Part shown: positions 41,015 through 52,211 of the stretch, in pieces | Position numbering within the stretch: position 1 is the first letter of the stretch | Layout of the letters: every line of letters starts with the position of its first letter | Origin: Bacteroidales bacterium | Lineage (GTDB): Bacteria; Bacteroidota; Bacteroidia; Bacteroidales; WCHB1-69 | DNA: 64,000 bases | Direction of reading: 5' to 3' | Assembly (NCBI GenBank): GCA_031286285.1 | Contig: JAITUN010000100.1 | Coordinates: forward strand, 222-64,221 | Position numbers and translations under genes: made by a program | The notes under the pieces: generated by a model | The model's input: only the letters and a program-made list of their open reading frames with translations | Databases searched by the model: none | Told to the model about the DNA's origin: nothing

Positions 41015-42934
41015 ATGATTTCAATCCATAAACTTGCGGTAAATTTTACGGGAGATTTTTTGTTCAGAGACCTCTCTTTTGTGGCGGGAGACCGTGAACG
41101 GATTGGCTTAGTAGGTAAAAACGGAGCGGGAAAATCCACGCTGCTGAAGATTATTCATAAAGAGATTGAACCCGAATCGGGAGCCATGGTAATCACTGCC
41201 GGCTTTAGAACAGGATACCTACCACAAGAGATGGCTGCCAATTTTTCGCGCAACGTTTGGGAAGAAACGGTATCCGCTTTCGTGGAACAGAAGCAGTTGG
41301 AGAAAAATATAGCACACATTACGGAACAACTTTCATTAAGAGAAGATTTTGAGAGTGAATCCTACCATAAGTTGGCACAACAACTTGCCGATTGTACGGA
41401 ACGGTTTCACCTCCTCGGCGGAAGCACCATGGATGCCGATGCGGAAAAAGTGTTGCTGGGTCTGGGCTTCAAGCAAACCGACTTTGCTCGCCCGCTGCGC
41501 GAGTTCAGTTCCGGATGGCAAATGAGAGTAGCATTAGCCAAAATCCTGCTCCAAAAACCTGAGATTATCCTCTTGGACGAGCCCACCAACCACTTGGATA
41601 TTGAATCTATTCAATGGTTGGAGGAGTATTTGGCAAACTACGAGGGGGCGCTGATTATGGTGTCGCACGACCGCGCTTTTTTGGATAGAGTAACCACCCG
41701 AACTATTGAGATTACCTTGGGAAATATTCAAGATTATAAATGCAGTTATTCAGAATATGTAGAGCAACGTTTGGAACGTATTGAAACTCAACAAGCCGCG
41801 TTTGAAAACCAGCAAAAAGAGATTGCCCAGATTGAACGATTTATTGAACGTTTTCGCTATAAGGCAACCAAAGCCAAACAAGTACAAAGCAGAATTAAGT
41901 TATTGGATAAAATGGATAAAGTGGTGGTGGATGAGGTGGACGACAGCGCCATCTCTTTTAAATTTCCGCCGGCGCCCCACTCCGGAAAGGTTACGGTGGA
42001 GGCGAAACAGTTATGTTTAGGCTACGGAACTTTTAATGTGCTGAAAGATATTGATATGCACTTGGAGCGCGGCGAGCGTGTGGCTTTTGTGGGCAGAAAC
42101 GGCGAAGGAAAATCCACTTTTGTGAAAAGTATTGTAGGAGAACTTGCCCCGCAAAAAGGCTCTATTCAATTAGGTCATCAAGTGGTGATTGGCTATTACG
42201 CTCAAAATCAAGCGCTGTTGTTAGATCCCAACAAGACCGTTTTTGAAACTATTGATGAAGTGGCCGTTGGCGATATCCGCCCGAAAATCAGAACCATCTT
42301 GGGCAGATTCTTGTTTACTACCGAAGATACGGAGAAAAAAGTGGCGGTGCTTTCCGGAGGCGAAAAATCGCGCCTTGCGCTGGCAAAACTGCTACTGTCA
42401 CCTTTTAATCTGCTCATCTTGGACGAACCTACTAACCACTTGGATATGGCATCGAAAGATGTGCTTAAAAACGCATTATTGCATTATTCCGGAAGTTTGA
42501 TTTTGGTTTCGCACGACCGCGACTTTTTATCCGGATTGTGCGAGAAAATTTTTGAATTTAAAGACAAAAAGATAAAAACTTACATCGGCGATGTGTACGA
42601 CTTCTTGGAAAAGAAGAAGTTGGACTCATTAAACGAACTGCAACGAAAAGTGAACAGTGGAGCAGGAGAAGAAAAATCCGCTTCTGTTAACAAAGAAAAT
42701 TATCTGCAAAAAAAAGAGCAGGAAGCACTGCAACGTAAATTTCAAAACCAACTTAAAAAATTGGAAACGGAGATTGGAAACGATGTGAAAGCGCTGCATC
42801 AAATTGAGATGAAATTGGCGCTGCCGGAGCAATACACCAAAGAGATTGAAAGTGGAGTGTTGTATGCGGAATATGAAAGGCTGAAAAATAGCATTGCTGA
42901 GAAAGAGGAGAAATGGATGGAATTACAAATTTAA
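41015..42934 (+). CDS. ABC-F family ATPase (two ABC domains, no TM)
   Basis: I prefer the start at MISIHKLAVNF (41015). Two Walker A motifs (GKNGAGKST, GRNGEGKST), two signatures (FSGGWQMR, LSGGEKSR), an inter-domain linker and a C-terminal coiled coil. Confidence 0.9.
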   Translation: MISIHKLAVNFTGDFLFRDLSFVAGDRERIGLVGKNGAGKSTLLKIIHKEIEPESGAMVITAGFRTGYLPQEMAANFSRNVWEETVSAFVEQKQLEKNIAHITEQLSLREDFESESYHKLAQQLADCTERFHLLGGSTMDADAEKVLLGLGFKQTDFARPLREFSSGWQMRVALAKILLQKPEIILLDEPTNHLDIESIQWLEEYLANYEGALIMVSHDRAFLDRVTTRTIEITLGNIQDYKCSYSEYVEQRLERIETQQAAFENQQKEIAQIERFIERFRYKATKAKQVQSRIKLLDKMDKVVVDEVDDSAISFKFPPAPHSGKVTVEAKQLCLGYGTFNVLKDIDMHLERGERVAFVGRNGEGKSTFVKSIVGELAPQKGSIQLGHQVVIGYYAQNQALLLDPNKTVFETIDEVAVGDIRPKIRTILGRFLFTTEDTEKKVAVLSGGEKSRLALAKLLLSPFNLLILDEPTNHLDMASKDVLKNALLHYSGSLILVSHDRDFLSGLCEKIFEFKDKKIKTYIGDVYDFLEKKKLDSLNELQRKVNSGAGEEKSASVNKENYLQKKEQEALQRKFQNQLKKLETEIGNDVKALHQIEMKLALPEQYTKEIESGVLYAEYERLKNSIAEKEEKWMELQI

Positions 42935-42993
42935 CCACAGATTACACCGATTAACACAAATATTTATCTGTGTAAATCTGTGCAAATCTGCGG
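42935..42993. repeat. Imperfect 59-nt palindrome built from 'CAGAT' words
   Basis: Forward CCACAGATTA CACCGATTAA CACAAATATT, then inverted TATCTGTG TAAATCTGTG CAAATCTGCGG. It starts at the first base after the ABC-F stop. Confidence 0.6.
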
Positions 42994-43006
42994 ACAAAAA
43001 AATATT

Positions 43007-44122
43007 ATGCTCAAATACTTAGTGGAAAAAGAGTTTAAGTTAATCCGAAGAAATAGGGTTCTTCCGATTATCATTTTCATTATGCCGGTGGTGTTTCTTT
43101 TGCTTTTACCTTTCGCTGCTGATTTTGAAGTAAAGAATATCCGAGTGGTAGTAGTGAATAACGACCACTCTGTTTATTCGCATCGTTTTATAGAAAAAAT
43201 TGGTTCTTCCAGCTATTTTCAGATTGTGGCAAATGAAAACAGCTATGAAGATGCCATGCAAAACCAAATTGAAAGCGGTAAAGCAGATGCTATTTTAGAA
43301 ATTCCTCATCATTTTGAACGGAATTTAGTAAAGCAGAAGATGACAAAAATTCTCATCTCTGCAAACTCAGTTGATGGAATGAAAGGATTATTAGGCACTT
43401 CCTATTTGGCATCTATTGCCCTCGATTTTTCAAAAAATATATCTTTAGAGTTAGCTTCGTTTTATGAGACTGCTCCACAGCAAACCATTTCAATTTCCAA
43501 TCGTGGGCTTTTCAATCCCATGATGAATTACAAAGCCTACATGGTTCCTGCAATTATGATGATGCTCATTGTGTTGATGTGCGGCGCCATGCCGGCAATA
43601 AACATTGTGATGGAAAAAGAGACCGGCACCATTGAACAAATGAATGTTACTCCAATTAAAAAAATCTACTTTATTTTAGCAAAAATTATTCCTTTTTGGG
43701 TCATCGGATTTATTGTACTCACTATAGGGTTTATTATTGCCTATCTTGTGTATGGTTTGGTTCCGGTTGGCAGTTTGGGGACTATCTATTTAGCGGCAGC
43801 AGTGTTTATCCTTACCATGACCGGTATAGGTTTGGTAGTTTCCAATAAATCGGATACGATGCAGCAAGCGATGATGATTGCCATGTTTTTCTTAGTGGTT
43901 TTTATCTTAATGAGTGGATTGCTTACCCCTATTGCCTCAATGCCCCAGTGGGCGCAGTGGCTAACATATATAAATCCGTTGCGTTATTTTGCTCAGATTA
44001 TGCGCTTTGTATATTTAAAAGGGTGCTCAGTTTCAGATATAATACCACAATTATCTGCATTATTAGCTTTTGCTGTGGGAGCAAACCTTTGGGCAGTAGT
44101 AAGTTATAAGAAGAGGAGTTAG
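43007..44122 (+). CDS. ABC-2 type transporter permease
   Basis: I prefer the start at MLKYLVEKEFKLIRRN (43007). One N-terminal TM, a large periplasmic loop and five C-terminal TMs, the ABC-2/YhhJ-like layout. Confidence 0.7.
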   Translation: MLKYLVEKEFKLIRRNRVLPIIIFIMPVVFLLLLPFAADFEVKNIRVVVVNNDHSVYSHRFIEKIGSSSYFQIVANENSYEDAMQNQIESGKADAILEIPHHFERNLVKQKMTKILISANSVDGMKGLLGTSYLASIALDFSKNISLELASFYETAPQQTISISNRGLFNPMMNYKAYMVPAIMMMLIVLMCGAMPAINIVMEKETGTIEQMNVTPIKKIYFILAKIIPFWVIGFIVLTIGFIIAYLVYGLVPVGSLGTIYLAAAVFILTMTGIGLVVSNKSDTMQQAMMIAMFFLVVFILMSGLLTPIASMPQWAQWLTYINPLRYFAQIMRFVYLKGCSVSDIIPQLSALLAFAVGANLWAVVSYKKRS

Positions 44123-44288
44123 ATTTACCGAACAGAATTCAATATGCTACCCGATATCTTTTGAAGCGCCCGATAATTCTAGTTAATATAATTACTTTCT
44201 TTTTTCAACGTTAATCTAAAAGTTTTTAAATTTAATATCATTAAATCTTTGTATTTATGGCAATAGTAACCACTAACTTCTATAATTA

Positions 44289-44879
44289 ATGATAACTTAT
44301 ATCAAAGGCGCTTTAATCGAAAAATCTCCTGCTTTCGTGGTCATAGAAACTGCTGGCGGGGTGGCTTACGGAATTCATATTTCATTAGCCACTTTCTCTC
44401 AACTAAAAGAAACAGAAAATGTAAAACTGCTAACCCATTATGTCATTAAGGAAGATGCGCACCAACTTTTCGGTTTCTTTTCAGAAGAAGAACGAAGTTT
44501 GTTTCGTTTATTGATTACTGTAAACGGAATTGGTGTTAATACTGCCCGTCTGATTTTATCTTCACTAAGCATTGATGAATTACTTAATGCTATTGCTACA
44601 GAAAATATTAGGATTATTCAAGGAGTCAAAGGAATTGGATTAAAGACCGCACAAAGGGTAATCATTGACCTAAAAGATAAAATTGGTAAATGTGTTTCTC
44701 ACAATATTGAAAAAATCGCGATTTCTTATAATAATAATAAGGGGGAAGCGTTATCTGCATTGGTCTCTTTGGGTTTTTCTAAAAATTCAGTTGATGAGGC
44801 GTTAGATAAAATAATACGTACTGATGGCGCGTATTTGTCTATTGAAGAATTGATTAAGAAAGCGTTAAAAACATTATAG
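44289..44879 (+). CDS. ruvA: Holliday junction branch migration complex subunit RuvA
   Basis: 196 aa, MITYIKGALIEKSPAFVVIETAGGVAYGIHISL, and HhH motifs LITVNGIGVNTA and VKGIGLKTAQRV. Confidence 0.93.
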   Translation: MITYIKGALIEKSPAFVVIETAGGVAYGIHISLATFSQLKETENVKLLTHYVIKEDAHQLFGFFSEEERSLFRLLITVNGIGVNTARLILSSLSIDELLNAIATENIRIIQGVKGIGLKTAQRVIIDLKDKIGKCVSHNIEKIAISYNNNKGEALSALVSLGFSKNSVDEALDKIIRTDGAYLSIEELIKKALKTL

Positions 44880-44902
44880 AAAAAATACACTAAACTACTA
44901 TC

Positions 44903-47900
44903 GTGATTTTTGGGAAGCAAACAAAATTCTATTTCATCCCGGCGCTAATTGTATATGTATTATATTCAGCTGTTTGGGCAATTCCTGCCTCCGGTAATTA
45001 TTACACTCCCCAAAATACTTATAATTCTCCATTATTTTCTATTGAAGATGATGACTTCAATTATGATATAGGTGAACCATTTGAGATACCGATTTTACCA
45101 CCAGATACAGGGCTGCGTTCAAAAGTACCAAATCCTCCAAATAATCCTTTAGAACAGGAGTTTTATTCTCCTTTACATTTAAGCACCCCGCCATCTCTTA
45201 CCAATGAGATTGAGTATGACCCAACTACAAATTCTTATCGTTTTCAAAACAAAATTGGAAACACAAATTTCGGACCTGCTGCTTCAATGAGTGTTAATGA
45301 ATATATTGACCATGATTTGCAACAGGAAATAAGAAACTATTGGCGCGAAAAAGGAGCTCGCTATGTTTCAGGACCTAATAGGAGAGGTGGAGGTGGAATT
45401 ATTCCGCAACTTCGTGTAGGAGGGGATGTATTTGAGACAATTTTCGGAAGTAATATTATTGACATTAGACCCTCCGGAAATGTAGAACTTATGTTCGGAA
45501 TTGTACACAACTCCGATAAAAATCCAAATATTACAGAGCGAATGCGCAAAAGAACTGATTTTAAATTCGATGCTAAAATTCAATTGAGCTTGATGGCTAA
45601 AATTGGAGATAAAATTAGTTTCAACTTAAATTATAATACAGAATCCAACTTTGACTTTGATAATAAAATGAAACTCAAGTATGAAGGTAAAGAAGATGAT
45701 ATTATTCAATTACTTGAATTTGGAGATGTTACACTTCCTTTGAACAGCTCACTTATAACGGGAAGCCAAACACTGTTTGGGGGTAAAGTAGGATTAAAAT
45801 TTGGAAAATTATTTATTACTGCTGTTGCTTCTGAAACATCTTCTCAAAAACAAACCTTAAATGTTACGAATGGCGCTCAAACCCAAGAGTTTTATTTTAG
45901 GGCTGATGAATACGAAGATAATAGACACTTTTTTATTGCTCAGTATTTCAGAGATAGCTATAATGATGCTATGTCTGAGTTGCCACTCATTAAATCAAAT
46001 ATTGTGATTACTAAAATTGAGGTTTGGAGAACTAATATTGGAGGAGCTGTTTCGGAAAATCGTAATATTGTGGCATTTACAGATTTGGGGGAAGCAGATC
46101 CAGATAAGATTTTTAACAAGCAGTTCCTGCCCGGATATGGCGGATTCCCTAGAAATAATGGTAACAAGTTAGTTAACTTAGTGGATAGTTCTCAAATAAG
46201 AGATATTAGTGCTGTTACTCAGTATCTGAGAGGAATGGGGTTGGTATCCGGTGTAGATTATGAAAAAGTGGAAAGCGCTCGATTACTTTCCCCTAATGAA
46301 TATACTTACAATTCCAAGTTAGGATTTATATCTTTAACTACACCGCTAAATTCAGATCAGGTGCTGGCTGTAGCTTTTCAATATCAAGTTATTGGTGATG
46401 CAAATAATGTATATCAAGTAGGCGAATTTTCAAATGAAGTTTTTGCTCCTAATTCTCTTCGTGTAAAATTATTAAAAAGTACAAATTTGAACACCAAAGG
46501 ACCTCTTTGGAAGTTGATGATGAAAAACGTATATAGCATTGGTGGTTACCAAATTTCTTCTGAAAAATTTAGATTAAATATTCTTTTTTCAGGAGATGAA
46601 GAAGGAGTCAAAAATGGATTTTTTAACCAAAGTTCTAAACATGGGATCCCATTAATCCGACTCATGAACCTGGATAAATTGAACCAACAAATGGACCCCT
46701 ACCCTGACGGAATCTTTGACTTTATAGATGGCGCTGATACTCAGGGGGGAACTATCGTTTCACGTACAGGTAAAATCTTTTTCCCTACTATAGAACCATT
46801 TGGAGAAGACTTGAAAGTGGCTATTTTAAAAGATTCTCAAGACCCCGTTGCAGATCAATTATGGGCAAGCAAGTATACTTTCGACTCACTTTATACTATG
46901 ACCAAAACAATGGCTCAGCAATATACAAGCAAAAATAAATATTATTTAGAAGGACAGTATCGATCCGCTTATGGTGCTGAATATAATTTAAACGCTTGGA
47001 ATATTCCGCAAGGATCGGTTGTGGTTAATGCAGGTGGTATGAAACTAACTGAGAATGTGGATTATACCGTTAACTATAGCATGGGAACTGTTTCGATTAT
47101 TAATGAAGGTATCCTCAAATCGGGAACTCCTATATCGATTTCCGTTGAAAACAATTCTCAATTTGGTATGAATAAAAAAAGATTCTTTGGGACGAATGTG
47201 GAATACAGGTTTAATGAAAACTTTTTGATTGGAGCGACTTTGTTAAACATGAGTGAGCGTCCTTATACGCAAAAAGTTAATTATGGAAACGAGCCGATTA
47301 ATAATACAGTATGGGGAATGAACTTTGCTTATAAAACAAGAGTCCCATGGATTACCAAGTTGGTTGATTTATTGCCTTTTCATAGTACAACTGCTGAATC
47401 TACATTACAAATTGAAGGAGAGTTCGCCCATTTCATTCCCGGACATAGTAGAATTATTGGGAAAAAAGGAACTACTTATATTGATGATTTTGAAGGAGCC
47501 CGCACTACTGTGGATTTAAGACAAATGGCATACTGGAATTTAGCTTCAACACCTCAAGGGCAACGAGATATGTTTCCTGAAACATTTACCGACACTACCG
47601 CAGACACTAGAACTCAATTGGCATATGGTTTTAACAGAGCTCGTTTAGCATGGTATGTTATTGATCAACTGTTTTATAATAATACTTCTGCAACTCCTTC
47701 TAATATTAACCGTGAAGAACAATCTAAACCCTACGCAAGAGCAGTATACGAACCTGAACTTTTTCCTAAAAAAGAATACGCAAGTACGGCAGTTTCTACT
47801 TATATTCCTATTCTTAACATGGCTTTCTATCCTACAGAAAGAGGACCCTATAACTATGACGTAGAAGCTTTCAAAAATTTATCGAAAGGTATTAATGATG

Positions 47901-50900
47901 ACGGGTCTTTGAAAGAGCCTTCTACAAGATGGGCAGGAATGATGCGAAAATTTGACAATTCAGACTTTGAAGCAAATAACTACGAGTATATAGAATTTTG
48001 GATGATGGACCCCTTTTTGAATGATGATTATACTGAAAATCTAAATCACAAAGGGGGAAAACTCTATTTCAATCTCGGAGATATTTCAGAAGATATTTTA
48101 AGAGATGGTAAGAAGTTTTTTGAAGATGGATTGCCTGCTGATGGTTCTGATGAAAACTGTGAGTTTACCGTTTGGGGTCGGGTCCCCACTATTCAACAAA
48201 TTGTTAATGCATTCGACAATACAGCAAACAGAAGAAATCAAGACGTTGGTTATGACGGATTACCCACTGAAAGAGAAAGAGAGTTTTTTGAGGATTCATA
48301 CTTAAAGCTTATTCGAAACGCTTTCGGAGCAGGTTCCACTGCTTATGAAAATGCTTGGCGAGACCCTTCAAGTGACGATTTCAGATTTTGTAGAGGTGAA
48401 TATTGGGATAACTTAAAGGCAGGCATTAATGATCGTTATAAATATTATAACAACGCAGAAGGAAACTCAACCGATAACTTTAATAGAGATTTACCAAATA
48501 ATGTGTTATCTATTGCAACTAGTATGCCTAATAGTGAGGATATCAATAACGATAATACAATGAACGAAGATGAAAAATATTACCAATGGAGCATTGATAT
48601 TAATCCTAATATGATGGAAGTGGGGCAAAATTACATCAATGATATCAGAGATGCTATTTCTGAAAGATTACCTAATGGTAAAAATGAAACTACTCGTTGG
48701 TATCAATTTCGAATCCCAATTAAAAACCCGGAAGAAACTATTGGAGCTATTAGTGGACTTAACTCAATAAGATTTTTACGCGTTTTTTTGAAAGGGTTTG
48801 AAGATGATATTATTTTGCGTTTCGCTACTTTTGAATTAGTTCGTAATACTTGGAGAGCGTATACTCAAGACTTATTGGAAGATGGGGATTACTATCCCGG
48901 TCATGATGGGGAAAATACAGAATTTTTAGTAGGAACTGTAAGTTTAGAAGAAAATGGAAATAGAATTCCTATAAATTATAGAATACCTCCCGGCATTGAA
49001 AGAGAAATAGCTTATGGTGGAATGCAAACTCAACAACTAAATGAACAATCAATTAGTATGAAAATTAGCAATTTACAAGATGGAGATGCTAGAGCAATTT
49101 ACAAAAATACTAATTATGATATGCGTCAATTCAAAAGAATTGAAATGTTTGTTCATGCAGAAAAAATGTTTAAAGAAGATGAGGTTAGAGATGGAGATGT
49201 AACTGTATTTATTCGTTTAGGTTCCGATTTTACTCAAAATTACTATGAATATGAAATTCCTGCTAAAATGTCTCCTTGGTATAACAATGATACATCCTCT
49301 GTGTGGCCTAAAGAAAATAGAATAGCTATCGTATTGGATAAACTGGTTGATATAAAACAAAATAGAAGAAAAAAGGGACACTCTAATTTTACTATTCCAT
49401 ACTCCGAAACAATTGATGGCAACAAAATTTCTGTTGTAGGTATGCCCAATCTGGGAAATGTTACTACTATTATGATTGGGGTTCGAAATCCTAAAAAAAG
49501 AAATAGTAACGATGGCGATGATATGCTCCCTAAATCTGTGGAAGTTTGGGTAAATGACTTACGACTTACCGGATTTGACGACCGCTCAGGAGTCGCTGCG
49601 TTGGGAAGAATGAGACTCAATTTAGCAGATTTGGGAGACATTGCGATATCAGGAACCGTTACTTCCCCCGGATACGGAGGTTTAGACCAGTCTGTGACTC
49701 AAAGGCAATTGGCAACTACATACTCCATTGATTTTGCTACAAATATTGACGGTGGGAAAATTTTATTCCCCAAAAATTGGAATATTAAAATTCCCATTCA
49801 TTATGACTTTTCCATGCAGGGAGAGGTGCCTGAATATAATCCCTTAAACCCTGATGTTAAGTTGAAAGAAGATTTAAAATCTTACAATTCAAAAGCACAA
49901 AGAGATTCAATTAGAAATATTACAAATAATATTGTTAAGCGTAATAGCATTAACTTTACCAACGTCCGCAAAGAAAGAAATCTTAGCAAACCGCTGAAAA
50001 TGAGACCATGGGATGTTGAAAACCTAGACTTCTCTTATGCTTATTCCCAAGTTTTGAAACATGATGCAGATTTGGAATTTGATAATCAAAGACGACACGA
50101 AGGAGAAATTGGATATTCTTTTAGCCATAACCCAAAAAACTACAAATTAGGCCCGAAAAAAGGACTTAAATCTTCCTGGTTGCAAATTATTAGAGACTTA
50201 AATATTACACTTGTACCTAAGAGTTTTACTTTTAGAACTTCAATTGTGAGAGACTTTAACGAATTTAAGTATCGCCCTAAAAGTCAAGGCAATATTATTA
50301 TAGATACCAGCTATGTAAAATCTTTTAATTGGATGAGAAATTATTCATTGCAATGGGATGTTACTACTTCTTTGAAATTTATTTATAACGCAAATGCAAC
50401 TTCCCGATTGGAAGAACCGCAAGGATTAATTGACTCAAAAGAAAAAAAAGCAGAAGTGTGGCGCTCTTTTGGTAAAGGTGGACTTATGAACTTATATGAC
50501 CAACGCTTTGAAGTAACTTATCAAATACCTATTAATAAAATACCATTATTTAATTGGCTTACAGCAAATTTTAGATATTCTGGTCAATATAGATTTGTTG
50601 GGGCACCTATCTCTTTGGCTTATCTTGGAAATACTATTGATAACTCAAACCAAATTTCATTGAACGGGCAAGTAAATTTAGTTACATTGTATAACAATAT
50701 TCCTTACCTGAAGAAAATTAATTCTCCTGCCCCACAGCAAAATAAAAGGCCTGCCGCTCAGTCTCCTGAACCCGATAAAAAAGATAAGAAAAAGAAAAAA
50801 TCTGAAAAAGACAGTTTAAATACTAAACCAAATTACGTTAAAATTATTGGGGATGGTGCTATCCGTTTTTTGATGATGGTTCGTAATGTGAATGTGAGTT

Positions 50901-52198
50901 GGACTCAAGGGAAAGGAACTGTACTTCCGGGATATATGTATTCACCGAATTTGTTTGGAATTAACTTCAAAACAAACTCTCCAGGTTTCTTGTATGTTTT
51001 TGGCGGGCAATCCGATATCCAGAAAATGGCAGTGAATGGAAACTGGATTACTAAAGATACACTACTAAATTCAGCATTCCAAAGAAAATATAATGAAACG
51101 CTAAACATCAGAGCACAAGTAGAGCCTTTTAAAGAATTCCGTATTGATGTTGTGGCAAATCGTACTTTTACAAGCAACTTAACAGAGTATTTCAGAGCAA
51201 ACGCAGAAGGAAGTATTAAACATTTCTCTCCTTTAACCACTGGTAATTTTAATATCACTTATGTTGGATTAAAAACATTCTTCAAAAAAAGCAATGCTAT
51301 TTTTAATGAACTAAAAAATGTTCGCCTTGAAATAGCCAAAAGAATAGCAAGAGAAAACATAAATTCAGTGGGATTTGATAAAGACGGATATCCATTCGGA
51401 TATGATTCTCTTTCTCAAGAAGTATTGACTTACTCTTTCATGGCTTCTTATTTGGGAAAAAATGCTCAAAAAATAAAAATTAACAAACCTTTTTTCGCGG
51501 TGCCTCTGCCTAACTGGCAGTTGCGTTACAATGGATTAACTAAAATAAAAGCAGTTGCTAAGGTGTTCCAAAATTTCTCCATTAACCATAATTACACTTG
51601 TACATACAACATTGGTAGTTACAAAACAAATGTATTATATGATGTAGATAATGCCGGGTACCCTAATGTAAAAGATCAATTAGGTAACTTCATCCCAAAA
51701 AATGAAATTACTCAAATATCTCTAGTGGAAAGTTTTAACCCTTTAATCGGTTTTGACATGACACTCACAAATAGCTTGATGATTAAAGTAGATTATAAGC
51801 AAGGAAGAAATTTGTCATTGAGTTTTGCAAATAACCAAATTACCGAGATGAGAACAAATGAACTTGCAATAAGCGCAGGATATAGATTTAAAGATTTAAA
51901 AATCGGTTTCTCTTTTGCAGGTACAAAACGACAAATTGTGAGTGATTTGAATATTACTGTGGGCTTTTCTATGAGAGACAACACAACTAAACTGAGAAAA
52001 ATTGCAGAAAATGTTAGCCAAATCTCTTCAGGTATGCTTACCTTTTCTATTAATGGTTCTGCTGATTATCAAATTAGTAGTATGATAGGAATAAGACTTT
52101 TCTACAACCAAATTATTAATAAACCTTACATCTCAACTCAATACCAAAATACAAATATTGAAGCAGGGCTAAGTATTAGATTGATGCTCACACAATAA
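44903..52198 (+). CDS. sprA: T9SS outer-membrane translocon SprA (Sov)
   Basis: 2431 aa with a GTG start. The size, beta-strand-rich composition, position directly downstream of ruvA (as I recall for Flavobacterium johnsoniae) and the many T9SS cargo genes nearby support the call. Confidence 0.85.
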   Translation: MIFGKQTKFYFIPALIVYVLYSAVWAIPASGNYYTPQNTYNSPLFSIEDDDFNYDIGEPFEIPILPPDTGLRSKVPNPPNNPLEQEFYSPLHLSTPPSLTNEIEYDPTTNSYRFQNKIGNTNFGPAASMSVNEYIDHDLQQEIRNYWREKGARYVSGPNRRGGGGIIPQLRVGGDVFETIFGSNIIDIRPSGNVELMFGIVHNSDKNPNITERMRKRTDFKFDAKIQLSLMAKIGDKISFNLNYNTESNFDFDNKMKLKYEGKEDDIIQLLEFGDVTLPLNSSLITGSQTLFGGKVGLKFGKLFITAVASETSSQKQTLNVTNGAQTQEFYFRADEYEDNRHFFIAQYFRDSYNDAMSELPLIKSNIVITKIEVWRTNIGGAVSENRNIVAFTDLGEADPDKIFNKQFLPGYGGFPRNNGNKLVNLVDSSQIRDISAVTQYLRGMGLVSGVDYEKVESARLLSPNEYTYNSKLGFISLTTPLNSDQVLAVAFQYQVIGDANNVYQVGEFSNEVFAPNSLRVKLLKSTNLNTKGPLWKLMMKNVYSIGGYQISSEKFRLNILFSGDEEGVKNGFFNQSSKHGIPLIRLMNLDKLNQQMDPYPDGIFDFIDGADTQGGTIVSRTGKIFFPTIEPFGEDLKVAILKDSQDPVADQLWASKYTFDSLYTMTKTMAQQYTSKNKYYLEGQYRSAYGAEYNLNAWNIPQGSVVVNAGGMKLTENVDYTVNYSMGTVSIINEGILKSGTPISISVENNSQFGMNKKRFFGTNVEYRFNENFLIGATLLNMSERPYTQKVNYGNEPINNTVWGMNFAYKTRVPWITKLVDLLPFHSTTAESTLQIEGEFAHFIPGHSRIIGKKGTTYIDDFEGARTTVDLRQMAYWNLASTPQGQRDMFPETFTDTTADTRTQLAYGFNRARLAWYVIDQLFYNNTSATPSNINREEQSKPYARAVYEPELFPKKEYASTAVSTYIPILNMAFYPTERGPYNYDVEAFKNLSKGINDDGSLKEPSTRWAGMMRKFDNSDFEANNYEYIEFWMMDPFLNDDYTENLNHKGGKLYFNLGDISEDILRDGKKFFEDGLPADGSDENCEFTVWGRVPTIQQIVNAFDNTANRRNQDVGYDGLPTEREREFFEDSYLKLIRNAFGAGSTAYENAWRDPSSDDFRFCRGEYWDNLKAGINDRYKYYNNAEGNSTDNFNRDLPNNVLSIATSMPNSEDINNDNTMNEDEKYYQWSIDINPNMMEVGQNYINDIRDAISERLPNGKNETTRWYQFRIPIKNPEETIGAISGLNSIRFLRVFLKGFEDDIILRFATFELVRNTWRAYTQDLLEDGDYYPGHDGENTEFLVGTVSLEENGNRIPINYRIPPGIEREIAYGGMQTQQLNEQSISMKISNLQDGDARAIYKNTNYDMRQFKRIEMFVHAEKMFKEDEVRDGDVTVFIRLGSDFTQNYYEYEIPAKMSPWYNNDTSSVWPKENRIAIVLDKLVDIKQNRRKKGHSNFTIPYSETIDGNKISVVGMPNLGNVTTIMIGVRNPKKRNSNDGDDMLPKSVEVWVNDLRLTGFDDRSGVAALGRMRLNLADLGDIAISGTVTSPGYGGLDQSVTQRQLATTYSIDFATNIDGGKILFPKNWNIKIPIHYDFSMQGEVPEYNPLNPDVKLKEDLKSYNSKAQRDSIRNITNNIVKRNSINFTNVRKERNLSKPLKMRPWDVENLDFSYAYSQVLKHDADLEFDNQRRHEGEIGYSFSHNPKNYKLGPKKGLKSSWLQIIRDLNITLVPKSFTFRTSIVRDFNEFKYRPKSQGNIIIDTSYVKSFNWMRNYSLQWDVTTSLKFIYNANATSRLEEPQGLIDSKEKKAEVWRSFGKGGLMNLYDQRFEVTYQIPINKIPLFNWLTANFRYSGQYRFVGAPISLAYLGNTIDNSNQISLNGQVNLVTLYNNIPYLKKINSPAPQQNKRPAAQSPEPDKKDKKKKKSEKDSLNTKPNYVKIIGDGAIRFLMMVRNVNVSWTQGKGTVLPGYMYSPNLFGINFKTNSPGFLYVFGGQSDIQKMAVNGNWITKDTLLNSAFQRKYNETLNIRAQVEPFKEFRIDVVANRTFTSNLTEYFRANAEGSIKHFSPLTTGNFNITYVGLKTFFKKSNAIFNELKNVRLEIAKRIARENINSVGFDKDGYPFGYDSLSQEVLTYSFMASYLGKNAQKIKINKPFFAVPLPNWQLRYNGLTKIKAVAKVFQNFSINHNYTCTYNIGSYKTNVLYDVDNAGYPNVKDQLGNFIPKNEITQISLVESFNPLIGFDMTLTNSLMIKVDYKQGRNLSLSFANNQITEMRTNELAISAGYRFKDLKIGFSFAGTKRQIVSDLNITVGFSMRDNTTKLRKIAENVSQISSGMLTFSINGSADYQISSMIGIRLFYNQIINKPYISTQYQNTNIEAGLSIRLMLTQ

Positions 52199-52211
52199 TA
52201 ATGGAAATATG

